From NCBI RefSeq assembly GCF_009914755.1, contig NC_060928.1: DNA of 64,000 nt. The stretch is one strand, 5' to 3'. Numbering within the stretch: the stretch's first letter is position 1; every line of letters starts with the position of its first letter. A program made the position numbers and the translations under genes. Below, in pieces: positions 1 through 13,080 of the stretch. The notes under the pieces are model-generated. The model was not told the origin of the DNA and searched no databases. It saw nothing but the letters and a program-made list of their open reading frames with translations. Source of the stretch: the human T2T-CHM13v2.0 reference genome, Homo sapiens.

Positions 1-3000
1 CAGCAATATAAAAATATGTACATTGATAGAATAAGAAGTCAAACTGAAAGAGGTTAGCATACTTTTCTTTTAGTTTTTGTTTTTTTCTTTGTGTGTTTCT
101 TTTTTAAATATTTAAGATAAATTGTTATCTCTTTAAAATAACTTATGTGTATAAGATGTATTTGTAAGCTACATTGTAATCACAATGCAAAACTGTATAA
201 TTGATACGCTAAAAATAAAAAGAATCTAATTGATACATGCTACCAGAGAAAATAATCAAAAAGAAAGACAGTAAAAAAAAAAGAAAGAAAGAGAAGAGTT
301 ATGAAACAATCAGGAAATAAGCAACAAAATAGCAGTAGAAAGTCCTTACTGATCAATAACAATGTTGAATGTAAATGGACTAAATTCTCCTATTAAAAGT
401 CACAGAGTATTTTTATAAAAAACAGTCTGAGAAAGAAAAATAATGTAAAACTTTAAAAATTCATAGAGTGTCTGAATAAATAAACAAGACCCAACAATAC
501 ACTGCCTACAAGGAACCCACCTCACCTCCAGAGACACAAATAGACTGCAAGTGGAGAGATGAAAAAAGATACTCCATGCATATGGAAACATAAAAGGAAC
601 AGGAGTAGTTATACTTAGATAAAATAGACAACAAATCTAAAATTGTAAAGAAACAAATAATTTCACTATGTAATGATAAAAGGTTCAATTTAGCAGGAGG
701 GCATAACAATTATAAAAATCTATGCATTCAGCATCAGAGCACCCAAGTATATAAAGCAAGCATTAATATATCTAAATGGAAACAGAGTGCAATACAAGAA
801 TAGTAGTGGACTTCAAGACCCCACACTCAGTAATGGCCAGATCATCCAGACAGAAAATCAACAAAGAAACTTTGGAGTTAAGCTACACACTAGACAAAAT
901 AAGCCTAAACGACATTTACAGAACACTTCACCCAACTGTTACAGAATATGCTTTTTTTTTTTTTAAATCAGGACATGGGACGTTCTCCAAAATAAGCCAT
1001 AGATTAGGCCACAAAAAAGTCTCAACAAATTTACAAAAAGTAAAACAAATATCCAAGTTCTCTTTTTTGAATCACAATAGAATAAAAATAAAAATCAACA
1101 TCAAGAGGCACCTCAGAATCTATGGAAACACATGAAAATGACACATTTTCCTGAACAAACAATAGTTCAATAAACAAATTAAGAAGACAATTTTTAAAAT
1201 TTCTGAAAACAAATGAAAATGATAGTAAAACATACCAAAATCTATGACATACAGGAAAAGCAGTACTAAGAAGGAAGTGTGTTCATTTGTTCTCATGCTA
1301 TTATGATGAAATATCTGAGACTGGGTCATTTATAAAGAAAAGATGTTTAATTGATTCACAATTCCACATGGCTGTGGAGGCCTCAGGAAACTTACAATCA
1401 TGGCAGAAGGCACCTCTTCACAGCATGGCAGGAGAGAGAATGAGTGCCGAGCTAAGGGGGAAGCCCCTTATTAAACCATCAGATCTCGTGAGAACTCACT
1501 CACTGTCATAAGAACAACATAGGGGAAACTACTCCCATTATTCAATTATCTCCACCTGGTCCTGTCCTTGACACAAGGGGATTATTAAAATTCAAGGTAA
1601 GATTTGGGTGGGGACATAGAGCCAAACCATATCATTCTGCCACTGTCTCCTCCCAAATCCCATGTCCTCACATTTCAAAACACAATCATACCTTTCCAAA
1701 AGTCCCCCCAAAGTCTTAACTTATTCCAGCATTAACCCAAAAGTCCAAGTCCAAAGTCTCATCTGAGACAGTGCAAGTCCCTTCAGCCTATGAGCCTGTA
1801 AAACCATAAGCAAGTTAGTTATGTCCTACATACAATGGGGGGTATAGGCAATGGATAAATACACCTTTTCCAAATGGGAGAAATTGGCCAAAACAAAGGG
1901 GCTACAGCCCCATGAAAGTCCAAAAATCTAGTAGAGCAGTCATTAAATCTTGAAGTTTCAAAGTGATCTCTTTTGTCTCCATATCTCACATCCATTCTTG
2001 CTGATGCAAGAAGTAGGCTCCCATGGATTTGAGCAGCTCCACTCCTATGGCTTTGCAGGGTACAGACCCCTCCCAGCTGCTTTCATGGGCTGGCATTGAG
2101 TGCCTCCAGCTTTTCCTTGCACATGGTTCAAGCTGTAAATGGCTCTACCATTCTGGGGTCTGAAGGATGGTGGCCCTCTTCTCATAGCTCCACTAGGCAG
2201 TGCCCCAGTGGGAAATCTGTGTGGGGGCTCCAACTTCACATTTCCCTTCTGCACTGCCCTAGCATAGTTTCCCCCATGAGGGCTCCACCCCTGTAGTAAA
2301 CTTCTGCCTGGACATCCAGGCACTACCATACATTCTCTGATATCTAGGTGAAGGTTCCCCAACATCAATTCTTAACTTCTGTGCACCTGCAGGACCAACA
2401 CCAACTATAAGCCACCAAGGATTAGGGTTTGCACCCTCCAAAGCAATGGCCTGAGCTGTATGTTGTCCCCTTTTAGCCACAGTTGGAATGCAGGGCACCA
2501 TGTCCTGAGACTGCACAAAGCAACAAGGCCTTGGGCTCAGCCTATGAAACTATTTTTTTTTTCTGTTAGGCCTCTGGGCCTGTGATGGGAGGGCCTGCCA
2601 TGAAGACCTCTATCATGCGCTGGAGACATTTTCCCCATTGTCTTGATGATTAATATTTTGCTCCTCATTACTTATGGAATTTTCTGCAGCCAGCTTGAAT
2701 TTCTCCTCACAAAATAGGTGTTTGTTTTCTATTGCATTATCAGGCTGCAAATTTCCCAAACTTTTATGTTCTGCTTCCCTCTTAAACATAAATTCCAATT
2801 TCAGATAATCTCTCTCAAATTCAAAGTTCCTCAGATCTCTACAGTAGGGGCAACATGCTGCCAGTCTCTTTGCTAAAGCATAGCAAGAGTGGCCATTGCC
2901 CCATTTCCCAATAAATTCCTCATCTCCATCCAAGACCACCTCACCTGGACTTCATTGTCCATATCACTATCAGCGTTTTGTTCAAAGCCATTGAAGAAGT

Positions 3001-4431
3001 CTGTAGGAAGTTCTGAACGTTCCTACATCTTCCTGTCTTCTGCAACTTCCAAATTGTTCCAACCTCTGCCTGTTACCTACTTCCAAAGTCACTTCCACAT
3101 TTTCAGGTATCTTTATAGTAACGCCCCACTTCGGATACCAATTTACTACATTATTCTATTTGCATGCTGCTATGAAGAAATACTTCAGACTGGGTCTTTA
3201 ATAAAGAAAAGAGGTTTAATTGACTCACAATCCTGCCTGGCTGGGGAGGCCTCAGGAAACTTACAGTCATGGTAGAAGGCACCTCTTCACCTCTTTAAAG
3301 GGTGGCAGGAGACAGAATGAGTGCTAAGTGAAGGGGAAGCCCATCATAAAACCATGAGATCTTATGAGAACTTTCTCACTATCATGAGAACGGCATGGAG
3401 GAAACCACCCCCATGCTTCAATTATCTCCACCTGGTCCTATGCTTGACAAGTGGGGATTGTTACAATTCATGGTGAGATTTGGGTGTGGACACAGAGCCA
3501 AACCATATTAAAAAGTTTATAGCAATAAACACCTACATCAAAAAATTAGAAAAACTTTAATAAACAACTTAATGATGCACCCTAAGCAACTAGAAAAACA
3601 AGGACAAATCAAATCCCAAATTAGTAAGGGGAAAGAAAGAATGAAGATCAGAGTAGAAGTAAATGAAATTGAGAGTGAAACAAAAGATCAATCAAACAAA
3701 AAGTTGGTTTCTTGAAAGATAAGAAAGAGTAGACTAAGAAAAAAATAAAGACCTAAATAAATTAAATTAGAAATGAAAAAAACACATAACAACTGAAACA
3801 TCAGGTACAAAAAATTATTAGAGACTATTATGAACAACTATGCACAACAAATTGGAAAAACTGAAGGAAATGGGTAAATTTTTGGACACATACAACCTAC
3901 TGAGATTGAAGCTTAAAGAACTAGAGAAGCACAATAAGTCAATAACAATGAGATCCACACCTTAATAAATTAATTAAATAAAAGCCTAGAACCTGATGAA
4001 TATACTGCTGAATTGTATCAAACATTTAAAGGACCAACACCAACTATTTCAAAAAATTAAAGAACAGAGAATACCTAGGAACTCTCATGAATACAGAGAG
4101 ATCGTTGGTTACCACAGTCTTGGAAGGGTAGAAGGGAAAGAGGATCAAAGAGAGGATAATTAATAGCTACAAATATACAGTTAGATAGAATAAATAAGAT
4201 CTAGTATTTTATAGATCAGTAGAGTGACTATAGTTAACACTAATATATTGTAAATTTCAAAATATCTAGAAGAGAATAATTCAAATTTTTCCAACATAAA
4301 GAAAAGATAAATATTTGAAGTGATAGATATCTTTATTATCTTGATTTGATTTTTTTCATGTTATATGAATATATCAAATTTTCACATGCACCCTGAAAAT
4401 ACACACATCTTTTACGTATTAATAAAAAAAA
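1..4431 (+). mobile_element. Old LINE-1 (L1MA-type): inter-ORF region, decayed ORF2 5' part and 3' UTR; interrupted by THE1D at 1278-3510 and internally deleted near 4080
   Basis: ORF2 start-like sequence at ~340-400; ORF 776-1135 resembles the L1 endonuclease ([14 protein letters not shown]). Sequence is collinear across the THE1 (cagtactaagaaggaag | tttatagcaataaac). L1MA-like 3' UTR 4090-4420 ends in aataaaaaaaa. Confidence 0.9.
1278..3510 (-). mobile_element. Complete THE1-type MaLR provirus (THE1D-like): LTR 1278-1634, internal 1635-3145, LTR ~3146-3510
   Basis: Two ~360-bp direct repeats ending gagccaaaccatat(c/t)a, the reverse complement of the THE1 LTR start. THE1D-like 'gaaggcacctcttcac' segment; ~1.5-kb internal region; degenerate 5-bp TSD ggaag/aaaag. 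Confidence 0.92.
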
Positions 4432-4454
4432 GTCAATGGTAGGAAAAGAAAACA

Positions 4455-5579
4455 AAAGATTTTAATGAGGCTGAAAAATTTCTATTGCCTAGTGACATTA
4501 CAGCCATTGTATCTCCAAAGCTCAATGTATTAGTCATGTGTTTGTGGTGATGCTGATGTAAACAAACCAATTGCACAACCAGTCTTATAAAAATAGAGCA
4601 TATATAATTATTTCCAGTACCTACCTGATAATAACCATTTACTGGTTTATATAATTACTATACTTCTTATCCTTATCTTAGAGTGTACTTTTTCTACTTA
4701 TGAAATATAAGTTAACTGTAAAAAGCCTCAGGCAGTTCCTTAGGTGTATTCCAGAAGAAAGCATTGTTATCATAGGAGCTGACAGTTCCATGCATGTTAT
4801 TGCCCCTGAAGACCTACTCGTGGGACAAGATGTGGAGATGGAAGACAGTGATATTGAAGATCCTCAACCTGTGTAGGCCCAGGCTAATGTGTGTGTTTGT
4901 GTCTTCATTTTTAACAAAAAGGTTAAAAAGTAAATAAATAAATAAAAAAACAGAAGAAGTTTATAGAATAAGGATATAAATAAAATATATTTTATAAAGT
5001 TGTAAAATATATTTGTTTTAAGCTAAGTGTTATTACAAAATGATAAAAAAGTGTTTTTTTAAAAATAAAATATAATGTTTAAATTTAAACTAAGCTTAGG
5101 TTAATTTATTATGAAAGAAAATGTCTTTTTAACTAATTTTGTGTAGCCTAAACATTCACTGCTTGTAAAGTCCACAGTAGTGTATAACAATGTCATAGGT
5201 GTTCACATTCATTCACCACTGACTCATATACTCACCCAGGCCAGCTTCCAGTCTTGCAAGCTCCATTCATGGTAAGTGCCCTAAACAGTATATCATGTTT
5301 CATCTTTGATACCACATTTCTATTGTACATTTTCTATGTTTAGATATGTGTAGATACAGAAATACCATTGTGTTTCAATTGCCTTCAGCATTCAGTAGAG
5401 TAACATGCTTTACAGGTTTCTAGCCTAGGAGCAACACGCTATGCCACATAACTTAGGTGTGTAGTAGGCTATGCTACTTAGATTTGTATAAGTACACTCT
5501 ATGATATTTGCACAAGAACAAAATTGCCTAATAATACAGTTCTTACAACATATACCCGTCATTAATTGACACATGGCTG
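4455..5579 (-). mobile_element. Tigger3 (Golem, Tigger3b-like) DNA transposon lacking one terminus
   Basis: Right end ...gacacatggctg+TA is the reverse complement of the Tigger3 terminus cagtcatg. Body is homologous to the copy at 55819-58113 in opposite orientation. Confidence 0.85.
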
Positions 5580-5581
5580 TA

Positions 5582-7683
5582 TAGATATATGAGAACAAAT
5601 TCATTAGGGGAATTAGCTCACATAATTCAACAGGCTAAGAAATCTCATGGCAGGCCTTCTGCAAACTAGATACACCAGGATATATCTAGCCAAATCCTGG
5701 TGCTGTGGCTCAGTTCAAGCCCAAAGCCCTGACAGCCCATGGGGCCTGTTAGTGTAAGTTCTGGAGTCCAAAGGCCAGAGGTTCTTGATTTTTGGTATTC
5801 CAGGGCAGAACAAAAAGAGGGTATCCAAGTTCCAGATGGAAAAAGTGAGAGGAACTGGTCTTTTCCTCTGTTTTTGTTTTATTTGAGCCCCCAAGTTGAT
5901 TGGATGATGACCATCCACATTGAGGACACATTTCGCCACTTAGTCCACTCAGACTTCCATGCCAATCTCCTCTGGAAACATCTTTACAAACACACTCCTA
6001 AAAAACCTTTACCAGTTATCTAGGTAGTCCTTTCTCCAGTCAAGTTGACATCTAACATTAACCATCATAAGTCTACCCCTTATCAAGTTGGCACCCATAT
6101 GCGTCTCCTTAAACCACATTTACTCTCCAAAGACAGTAACACGATAATAGTTCACATCTAACTGCGTTGCACACAATGAAAAATGCACTAATAGCTTCCC
6201 CAGAAGAGGAGATAATGCCCTTGGGTAATGTTTACTCTTCTCTTGATATCTCATAACTTAAATACTATGATGCAAAAGTAATAATACTTAAAAACTAATA
6301 TAAATTCAAAAAATCTTATGTTGCATAATGAAATGAGATAGGAATTAGAACAAAGACATTTGTTTGACATATGTATTTATACACACAAACATATTTTTAA
6401 ACAAAATAGAACAGAAATGCTCTTGACAATTACAGCCCTCATTTCTGTAACTGGTCATGTAGTTATATCTGGTATTTTTAGCTACCTTCTTCTACTACCG
6501 ATTCTGTATTCCCTTTATCTTCAGAAAGAAACTCAGCTGGTCATAGTTCTTCACCTAGCAGGGTAATCCAAAACCTCATTTCTGAAGTATATGGACCATT
6601 CTTAGTCTTAACTGGATTGAGTTGTCATAATTTCCCATTGACCTTAATTATAGTACATTACAATGCTGAGGGACAACCTAAGCAATCTCTTGTATTCCAG
6701 ACATACTCTTCTTTACCTCCACTGTGGAGTGGTAGTCCAAATTCCCTTCAGTAGTCCAGATCAATCATCCCAGCTAACACCGTATCTCTTTTCTTAGCCT
6801 GTTTACTCAGAGACATGAAGACCCTAAAGTGTCAGGTGTTAGTCTTAACTTCTAGTTCAATGGAATCTTTTTTGTGTCTCCTGGTGGAAGCATTACTCCC
6901 TCTGCAACTAAGACTCCTAGGTTAGCAGAGCATAAAGTCTTGGGAAGAGGAAGCAAAAATTGTGCTGTTCGATTATGAGGAGTAACAGGGAGTGGTATTA
7001 CTTCCATTTCCATTCCTAGATTGCTGGTCCTGTGAATACTGGCTATGGGAGAAGCAGTAGTGTATAGTGGATGCTGATTCAGAGTATATACAGCCTTATA
7101 GAGAAACTTGCCCTAGCCTTCAAAAGTCCATTCCATGTTTTATCAAGCTAGCTGCTTCAGGATGACAGGAACACAGTAAGATCAGTGAATTCAATGAACA
7201 CGAGCCCATTGCTGCAATTCTTTTGCCGTAAAGTGAGTTCCATGGACAAAAATAATAAGAACAAAATGTCTGGGAATACCTTGACAGCAAATAAGGTAGT
7301 CGGTGAGTCCACCAACATTGGTTTGTCAAAGCATTGCATACAGGGGAGGCAAATCCATAACTGGAGTACGTTTTGGTTCCAATAAGGAGTCCAAAGGTCA
7401 GAAATCCTGGAGTTCTGATATTCAAGGGCAGGAGAAGAAGGGTTCCAGGAAAGAGAGGGACTCATTGGCCTTTTCTTCTGTTTTTGTTCTATCCGAGAGC
7501 CCCCAGCTAATTGGATGGTGCTCATCCATATTGAGGGTGCATTTTCCCCACTTGATCCATTCAGACTCACATGCCAATCTCCTCTGGAAATACCCTCACA
7601 GACTCACTCCAAAATAATTATCTGTTTAGTTTTCTAAGTATTCCTTAACTCAGTCAAACTGACACCTAAAATTGGCCATCACA
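5582..7683 (-). mobile_element. Internally deleted ERV-L provirus with MLT2 LTRs (3' LTR 5582-6068, internal 6069-7385, partial 5' LTR 7386-7683)
   Basis: Two homologous LTR segments (ggagtccaaagg..., ttggatg...cacattgagg, gccaatctcctctggaaa) ending accatca(t/c)a, the reverse complement of the MLT2 start; ERVL pol remnants lie between them. Confidence 0.85.
6620..7370 (-). pseudogene. Decayed ERV-L integrase and dUTPase remnants
   Basis: Minus-strand translation gives CHPEAASLIK, matching the HERV-L integrase HHPEAAGLIERWNG region. Downstream fragments resemble the ERV-L dUTPase (GMLPPGDT...IPLN.KL...HF). Many stops and frameshifts. Confidence 0.7.
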
Positions 7684-7818
7684 TTTTGTCAAGAGGTCAT
7701 ATCATTCTGGGTTTTTCAAATCAACTGATAACATGTCTATAATAAAATTGTGATGGTATGTATTGCAAAAACTCAGCAGGAATGTGCTTGGAATATACAT
7801 ATATTCCTTGAAGTATAA

Positions 7819-7846
7819 GATATATATATATATATATATATATATG
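7819..7846. repeat. (TA)n microsatellite
   Basis: Direct observation. Confidence 0.95.
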
Positions 7847-8560
7847 TATTCCTTTTCAAGACACATGCAATAAACATATGCTCATTTTCTGCCTAAGGTA
7901 CAGGTTTAGGGATCATAATCTTCATCTGTTGTGAATCATATCTTGATTCGTCTCCCTTTGGATTTGTTTTAAGGGCAGTACCATTTGAGGGGAGCTCCAA
8001 ATATATCTACCTCTGAGCTTCTGCCAGCTTCTGTGTTTGCCTTTGTCTCACATCCTCATGTTTCTGAGAAATTTGTTCTTGAGTGAAATATTATGGCTTA
8101 TTCTGGAACCATAAGAATAAGAGAACACTAGCCTCAATATCACAGCAAATATTTTAGAAATGAATATTATAACTGGAGGAGTGTCTCCACTATTAAATTT
8201 TATAAAAGTGGCTTTCAGTGTCTAAGAGGAACAAAGGTTTGCAATATTTACACCATTTTTTCTACTGTATCAGCTGTAATATCGATAGAGCTATGAAGTT
8301 TCTAACACATTATAGCAAGAAGAGCTTGGGATGTGGGTGACTACTAACTGCAAATTGCACTCATCTGAACTTTAGAATCTGAATGACATGTCTTCAAAGC
8401 TCCTATTTTTAATTCTAAAAAACTAATTTATCGATTTTATCCTTTATTCTTTTTCAAGATAGCATCATGTAAACTTTATATATTTTTCAGAATCAACTCA
8501 ACAAACACAGGTTTCTTTCCTTTTGCCTAATAAAGCTTCATAATTTTCTTAAACTTCATA

Positions 8561-9845
8561 GGATAGAACTTCAAAAAGTTCATGGAAAAATATAACAAAA
8601 AGATATAAATTAAAAACATATAAACTTTAATTCTCAATATAAACTTCACCAAGATAAAGACAATTTTGTAAATGATGATACTAATCATTTGTCCCATTCA
8701 TAAAGAACTGAGGATTCTGTGAATTAACCATGCAAATGCAGTCTTTTTTACATTATTGTCTGAAAAAAAGAGTATCTTTTAAAGATTTTTAAGAAACAAA
8801 AATAAGTTGGAAAGAGTCAATTCAGGACAGTAAAGTGGATGCCTAGTGATTTTTCATCAAAACTCTCATAAAATTGCCCTTGCTTGCTAATAGGAATGAG
8901 CAGGAGCTTTTTCATTGTGGAGAAGTACTCTCTGATGAAGCTTTCCTAGGCATTTTACTGTTAAAGCTCTGGCTTTCTCAAAACACTCTCATAATAAGCA
9001 AATATTATAATCCTTTGGCCATCCAAAAAGTCAACAAGCAAATTACCTTGAGCATTCCCCCCAAAATTTGCCATGACCTTTCCTCTTGACTGGTCTGCTT
9101 TTGCTTTGACTGGACCACTTCCACATCTTGGTAGCCACTGCTTTGATTGTGCTTTGTCTTTAGAATAGTACTGGTAAAGCCATATTTCATCTCTTATAAC
9201 AATTATTTGAAGAAATGCTTCAGGTTCTTGATCCCATTTGTTTCAGATTTTCATTGAAAGCTCAGCTCTTGTGTTCAAATGTCCTGGATAAAACAGATTG
9301 CACACCCATTAGGTGGAAATTTTGCTCAAGTTTAATTTTTCAGTCAGAATTGTGTACGTTGAACCAATTGAGGTTTCTGTGGTGTTGGTTACTGTTTCTG
9401 CTGTTATTTGTTGGTCCTCTTCAACTAAAGCATAAATGAGATTAATTTTTCCTAGCAAATTGATGTAGATGGTCTGCCTCCGAAGGCTTAATTTTCAACA
9501 TTATCTTGTCCCTTTCTAAAGCAAGTTATATATTTGTAAACTGTTGATTTCCTTGGGGGCATTGTTCTCATAAACTTTTCAAAAAGCAGGAATTATTTCA
9601 CTATTCTTCCACCCAAGCTTTACCATAAAGTTGATGTTTGTTCTTGCTTAAATTTTAGCAGAATCCATGTGGCTCTGATAGAGATTCTTTCAAACTGATG
9701 TCTTAACCTTCTTAGTTCCTCAAATTAGATCCTGTTCAGACGTTCAATAATGAGTAAGTTTAAGTTTATTTTGTGCAAAAAAATAAATTCCATGCAGAGT
9801 TTTTCACAGTATCCATTTTTCCATAAACATTTTGAAGATTCTTTA
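8561..9845 (-). mobile_element. Full-length HSMAR2 mariner transposon with a decayed transposase
   Basis: Terminal inverted repeats (cttcaaaaagttcatggaaaa / ttttccataaacattttgaag) flanked by TA at 8559-8560 and 9846-9847; length ~1.29 kb. Transposase ATG at 9668(-), followed by the recalled ARTNI.FMVKLGWKN N-terminus with stops. Confidence 0.9.
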
Positions 9846-10833
9846 TATACAATCTCCTCACAGGTTTTCAAAAGAACTCCCTTTTTGACTTTTTTTTTTT
9901 TTTGACTATAGATTTTGTGAAAGTGGTCAATTCTAATGTTACACCCACCTATTGAACTGGCAAACACATTTTCTATCTGTAGAGAAGTAAAAATAAGAAT
10001 CATTGATGTCCTAAAAGCCATTGCTCCAGTCCGACAGTTGCTCTCCTTTAGAATTAGAATCCACCTGTAACTTAGTCTCCCTCTCTGCTCTTTATTCTAG
10101 GAATTTATGAGTAAAATCAGTCTGCATGTGTATCTTAATATGTTCTAAAATATGCTTGAGGAGAGAACAGGCATCTTGTGGAGTAAATTTAAGTTTCATT
10201 ATTAAAGTGAAACTATCACTTTCTCTTACTATCATTAAAAGTAGGTGGATGTTTTTGACCCAGACTTCTCACAGCAATGCTTGTATCTGTGGATAGACTT
10301 ATTCCATCACATCTACCAAAATGATACATCTATCAAAAATGCAAACATCAGTTTATACTTCCAAGACAAAATCTACATGTTCTAGAGGCCTGACTTTTCT
10401 GCATAATGTAGTGAAACAAGTACATTTCATAGTGATCCCTTGAATCTTATATCCACATACCTTAATTTACTGTCATTCAGATGTGTCTTGGCTATTATTG
10501 GCCCTTTGTGTTTCTATAAGATTTTACAATTAGTGTATCAAATTCTTGCTTGCCAGGCAACTTGGGATGATTTCATTACTAGGTATAAGAAAGTCATTTA
10601 GGATATCTTTTCCATGGTCAGCCTGGGCCAAAAGGCAGATTTTTCTGATGTTGGCAGTGTTCTTGTGGAATTAACCATCTTATTCATGGTGTTCAAATTA
10701 TTTAACACCATGGTCATTTTATTTCCTGTGACAGTTTTGTCCCCACAACAAATCAGCTCCAGCCCTTGGTATCCAGCACCCAATGCTCAAACGAGGCATG
10801 GAGACCTCCAGAATTTTTTTTTTCATAGAAAAT

Positions 10834-13080
10834 TATATTAGTCTGCTTTCACTCTAATAAAGGCATACCCAAGACTGGGTAATTAACAAAAGAAAGAGGT
10901 TTAATGGACTTACAGTTCCATGTGGCTGGGGAATCCTCACAGTCATGGTGAAAGGCAAGGAGAGGCAAGTCACGTCTTATACGGATGGCAGCAGGAAAAG
11001 AGAGAGAGCTTGTGGAGGAAGACTAACATTTTTAAAACCATCAGATCTCATGAGGCTTAATCACTATCACAAGAACAGCACAAGAAAAACCTGCCCCCAT
11101 GATTCAATTACTTCCCAGTAGGTTCTTTCCACAACATGTGGGAATTCAAGATGAGATTCTGGTAGGCACACAGCCAAACCATAACATTCCACCCCTGGTC
11201 CCTCCCAAATCTCATGTCCTCACATTTCAAAACCAATCATGCCTTTTCAACAGTCCCCCAAAGTCTTAACTCATTTCAGCATTAAATCAAAAGTCCACAG
11301 TCCAAAGTCTCATCTGAGACAAGGCAAGTGTCTTCCACCTATGAGCCTGTAAAATCAAAAGTAAGTTAGTTACATCCGAGATACAATGGAGGTACAGGCA
11401 TTGGGTAAATACAGCCATTTCAAGTGAGAAAAATTGGCCAAAACAATGGAGATGCATGTCCCATTAAGTCCAAAATCCAGAAGGGCAGTCAAATCTTAAA
11501 GCTCCAAAATAATCTCCTTTGACTTCATGTCTCATATCCAGGTCTTGCTGATGCAGGAAGTGAGCTCTCATGGCCTTGGGCATCTCTGCTCCTGTGGCTT
11601 TGCAGGGTATAGCCCCCCTTCTGCCTTTCATGGGCTGGCATTTTCTGCAGCTTTTCCAGGCAAACGGTGCAAGCTGTCAGTGGATCTACCTTTCCGGGGT
11701 CTGGAGGATGGTGGCCCTCTTATCACAGCTCCACTAGGTGGTATCCCAGTAGGGACTCTGTGTGGGGGCTCCACACCCACATTTCCCTTCCCTACTGCAG
11801 TAGCAGAGGTTCTCCATGAGAGCCCTGCCTCTGCAGCAAACTTCTGCCTGGCCATCCAGACATTTTCATACATCCTCTGAAATCTAGGTGGAGGTTCCCA
11901 AAATCCAGTCCTTGACTTCTCTACATTCACAGGCTCAACACCATGTGGAAGCTGCCAGGGCTTCTGGGTTGCACCCTCTGAAGCCATGGCCCAAGCTCCA
12001 TGTTGGCTCCTTTCAGTCCCAGCTAGAGCAGCTGGGATGCAGGACATCAGGTCCCTAGGCTGCATACAGTACGGGACCCTGGGCCCAGCCCATGGTACCA
12101 TTTTTCACTCCTAAACCTCCAGGCCTGTGATGGGTGGGGCTGTCACAAAGGTCTATGACATACCCTGGAGATATTTTCCTCATTGTCTTGATAATTAACA
12201 TTAGGCTCCTGGTTAATTATGCAAATTTCTGCAGCCAGCTTGAATTTCTCTTCAGAAAAATTTGATTTTTTTTTCTAGTTCATTTCCAGGCTGTGAATTT
12301 TCCAAACTTTTATGCTCTGTTTCCCTTTTAAAATTGAATGTCTTTAACAGCACCCAAGTCACCTCTTGAATGCTTTGCTGCTTAGACATTCCTCCAACAG
12401 GTACCCTAAATCATCTCTCTCAACGTGAAATTTCCACAAATCTCTACAGCAGGGGGAAAATGCCACCAGTCACCTCTGCTCAGTTCCCAACAATTTCCTC
12501 CATCTGAGACTACCTCAGACTGGATTTCATTGTCTGTACAATTATCAGTATTTTGGTCAAAGCCATTCAACAAGTTTCTAGGAAGTTCCAAACTTTCACA
12601 CATTTTCCTTCTGTCTTCTTCTGAGTCCTCCAAACTATTCCAACCTCTGCCTGTGACACAATTCTAAAGTTGCTTCCACATTTCCAAGTATCTTTTCAGC
12701 AAATTTCCACTCTACTGGTACTAATTTAGTGTATTAGTCCATTTTCATGCTGCTGATAAAGACATACCCTAGATCGGGCAATTTACAAAAGAAAGGTTTA
12801 ATGGACTTAACAGTTCCACATGGCTGCAGATGCCTCATAATCATGGTGGAAGGCAAAGAGAAGCAAGTCACGTCTTAAATGGATGGCAGTAGGAAAAAAA
12901 GAAAACTTGTGCAGTGAGACTCCCATTTTTAACCGTCAGATTTGTGAGACTTATTCACTATCATGAGAACAGCATGGGAAAGACCTGCCCCCATAATTCA
13001 ATTACCTCCTTCTGGGTTTCTCCCACAACATGTGAGAATTCAAGATGAGATTTGGGTGGGGACACAGCCAAACTATATCA
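10834..13080 (-). mobile_element. Complete THE1B-like MaLR provirus: LTR 10834-11186, internal 11187-12729, LTR 12730-13080
   Basis: Two ~350-bp direct LTRs (tgtattagtc...gccaaac.atatca), THE1B-type 'gcaagtcacgtctta..ggatggcag' motif, perfect 5-bp TSD aaaat (10829-10833 / 13081-13085). Confidence 0.95.

Noticed and set aside
2045-12667. Similar ORFs at 2045-2939 and 11628-12633 (PPHR.PTG..PSGA..RGPPS)
   Set aside because: Broken remnants of the known THE1 internal ORF in two proviruses, not a gene family.
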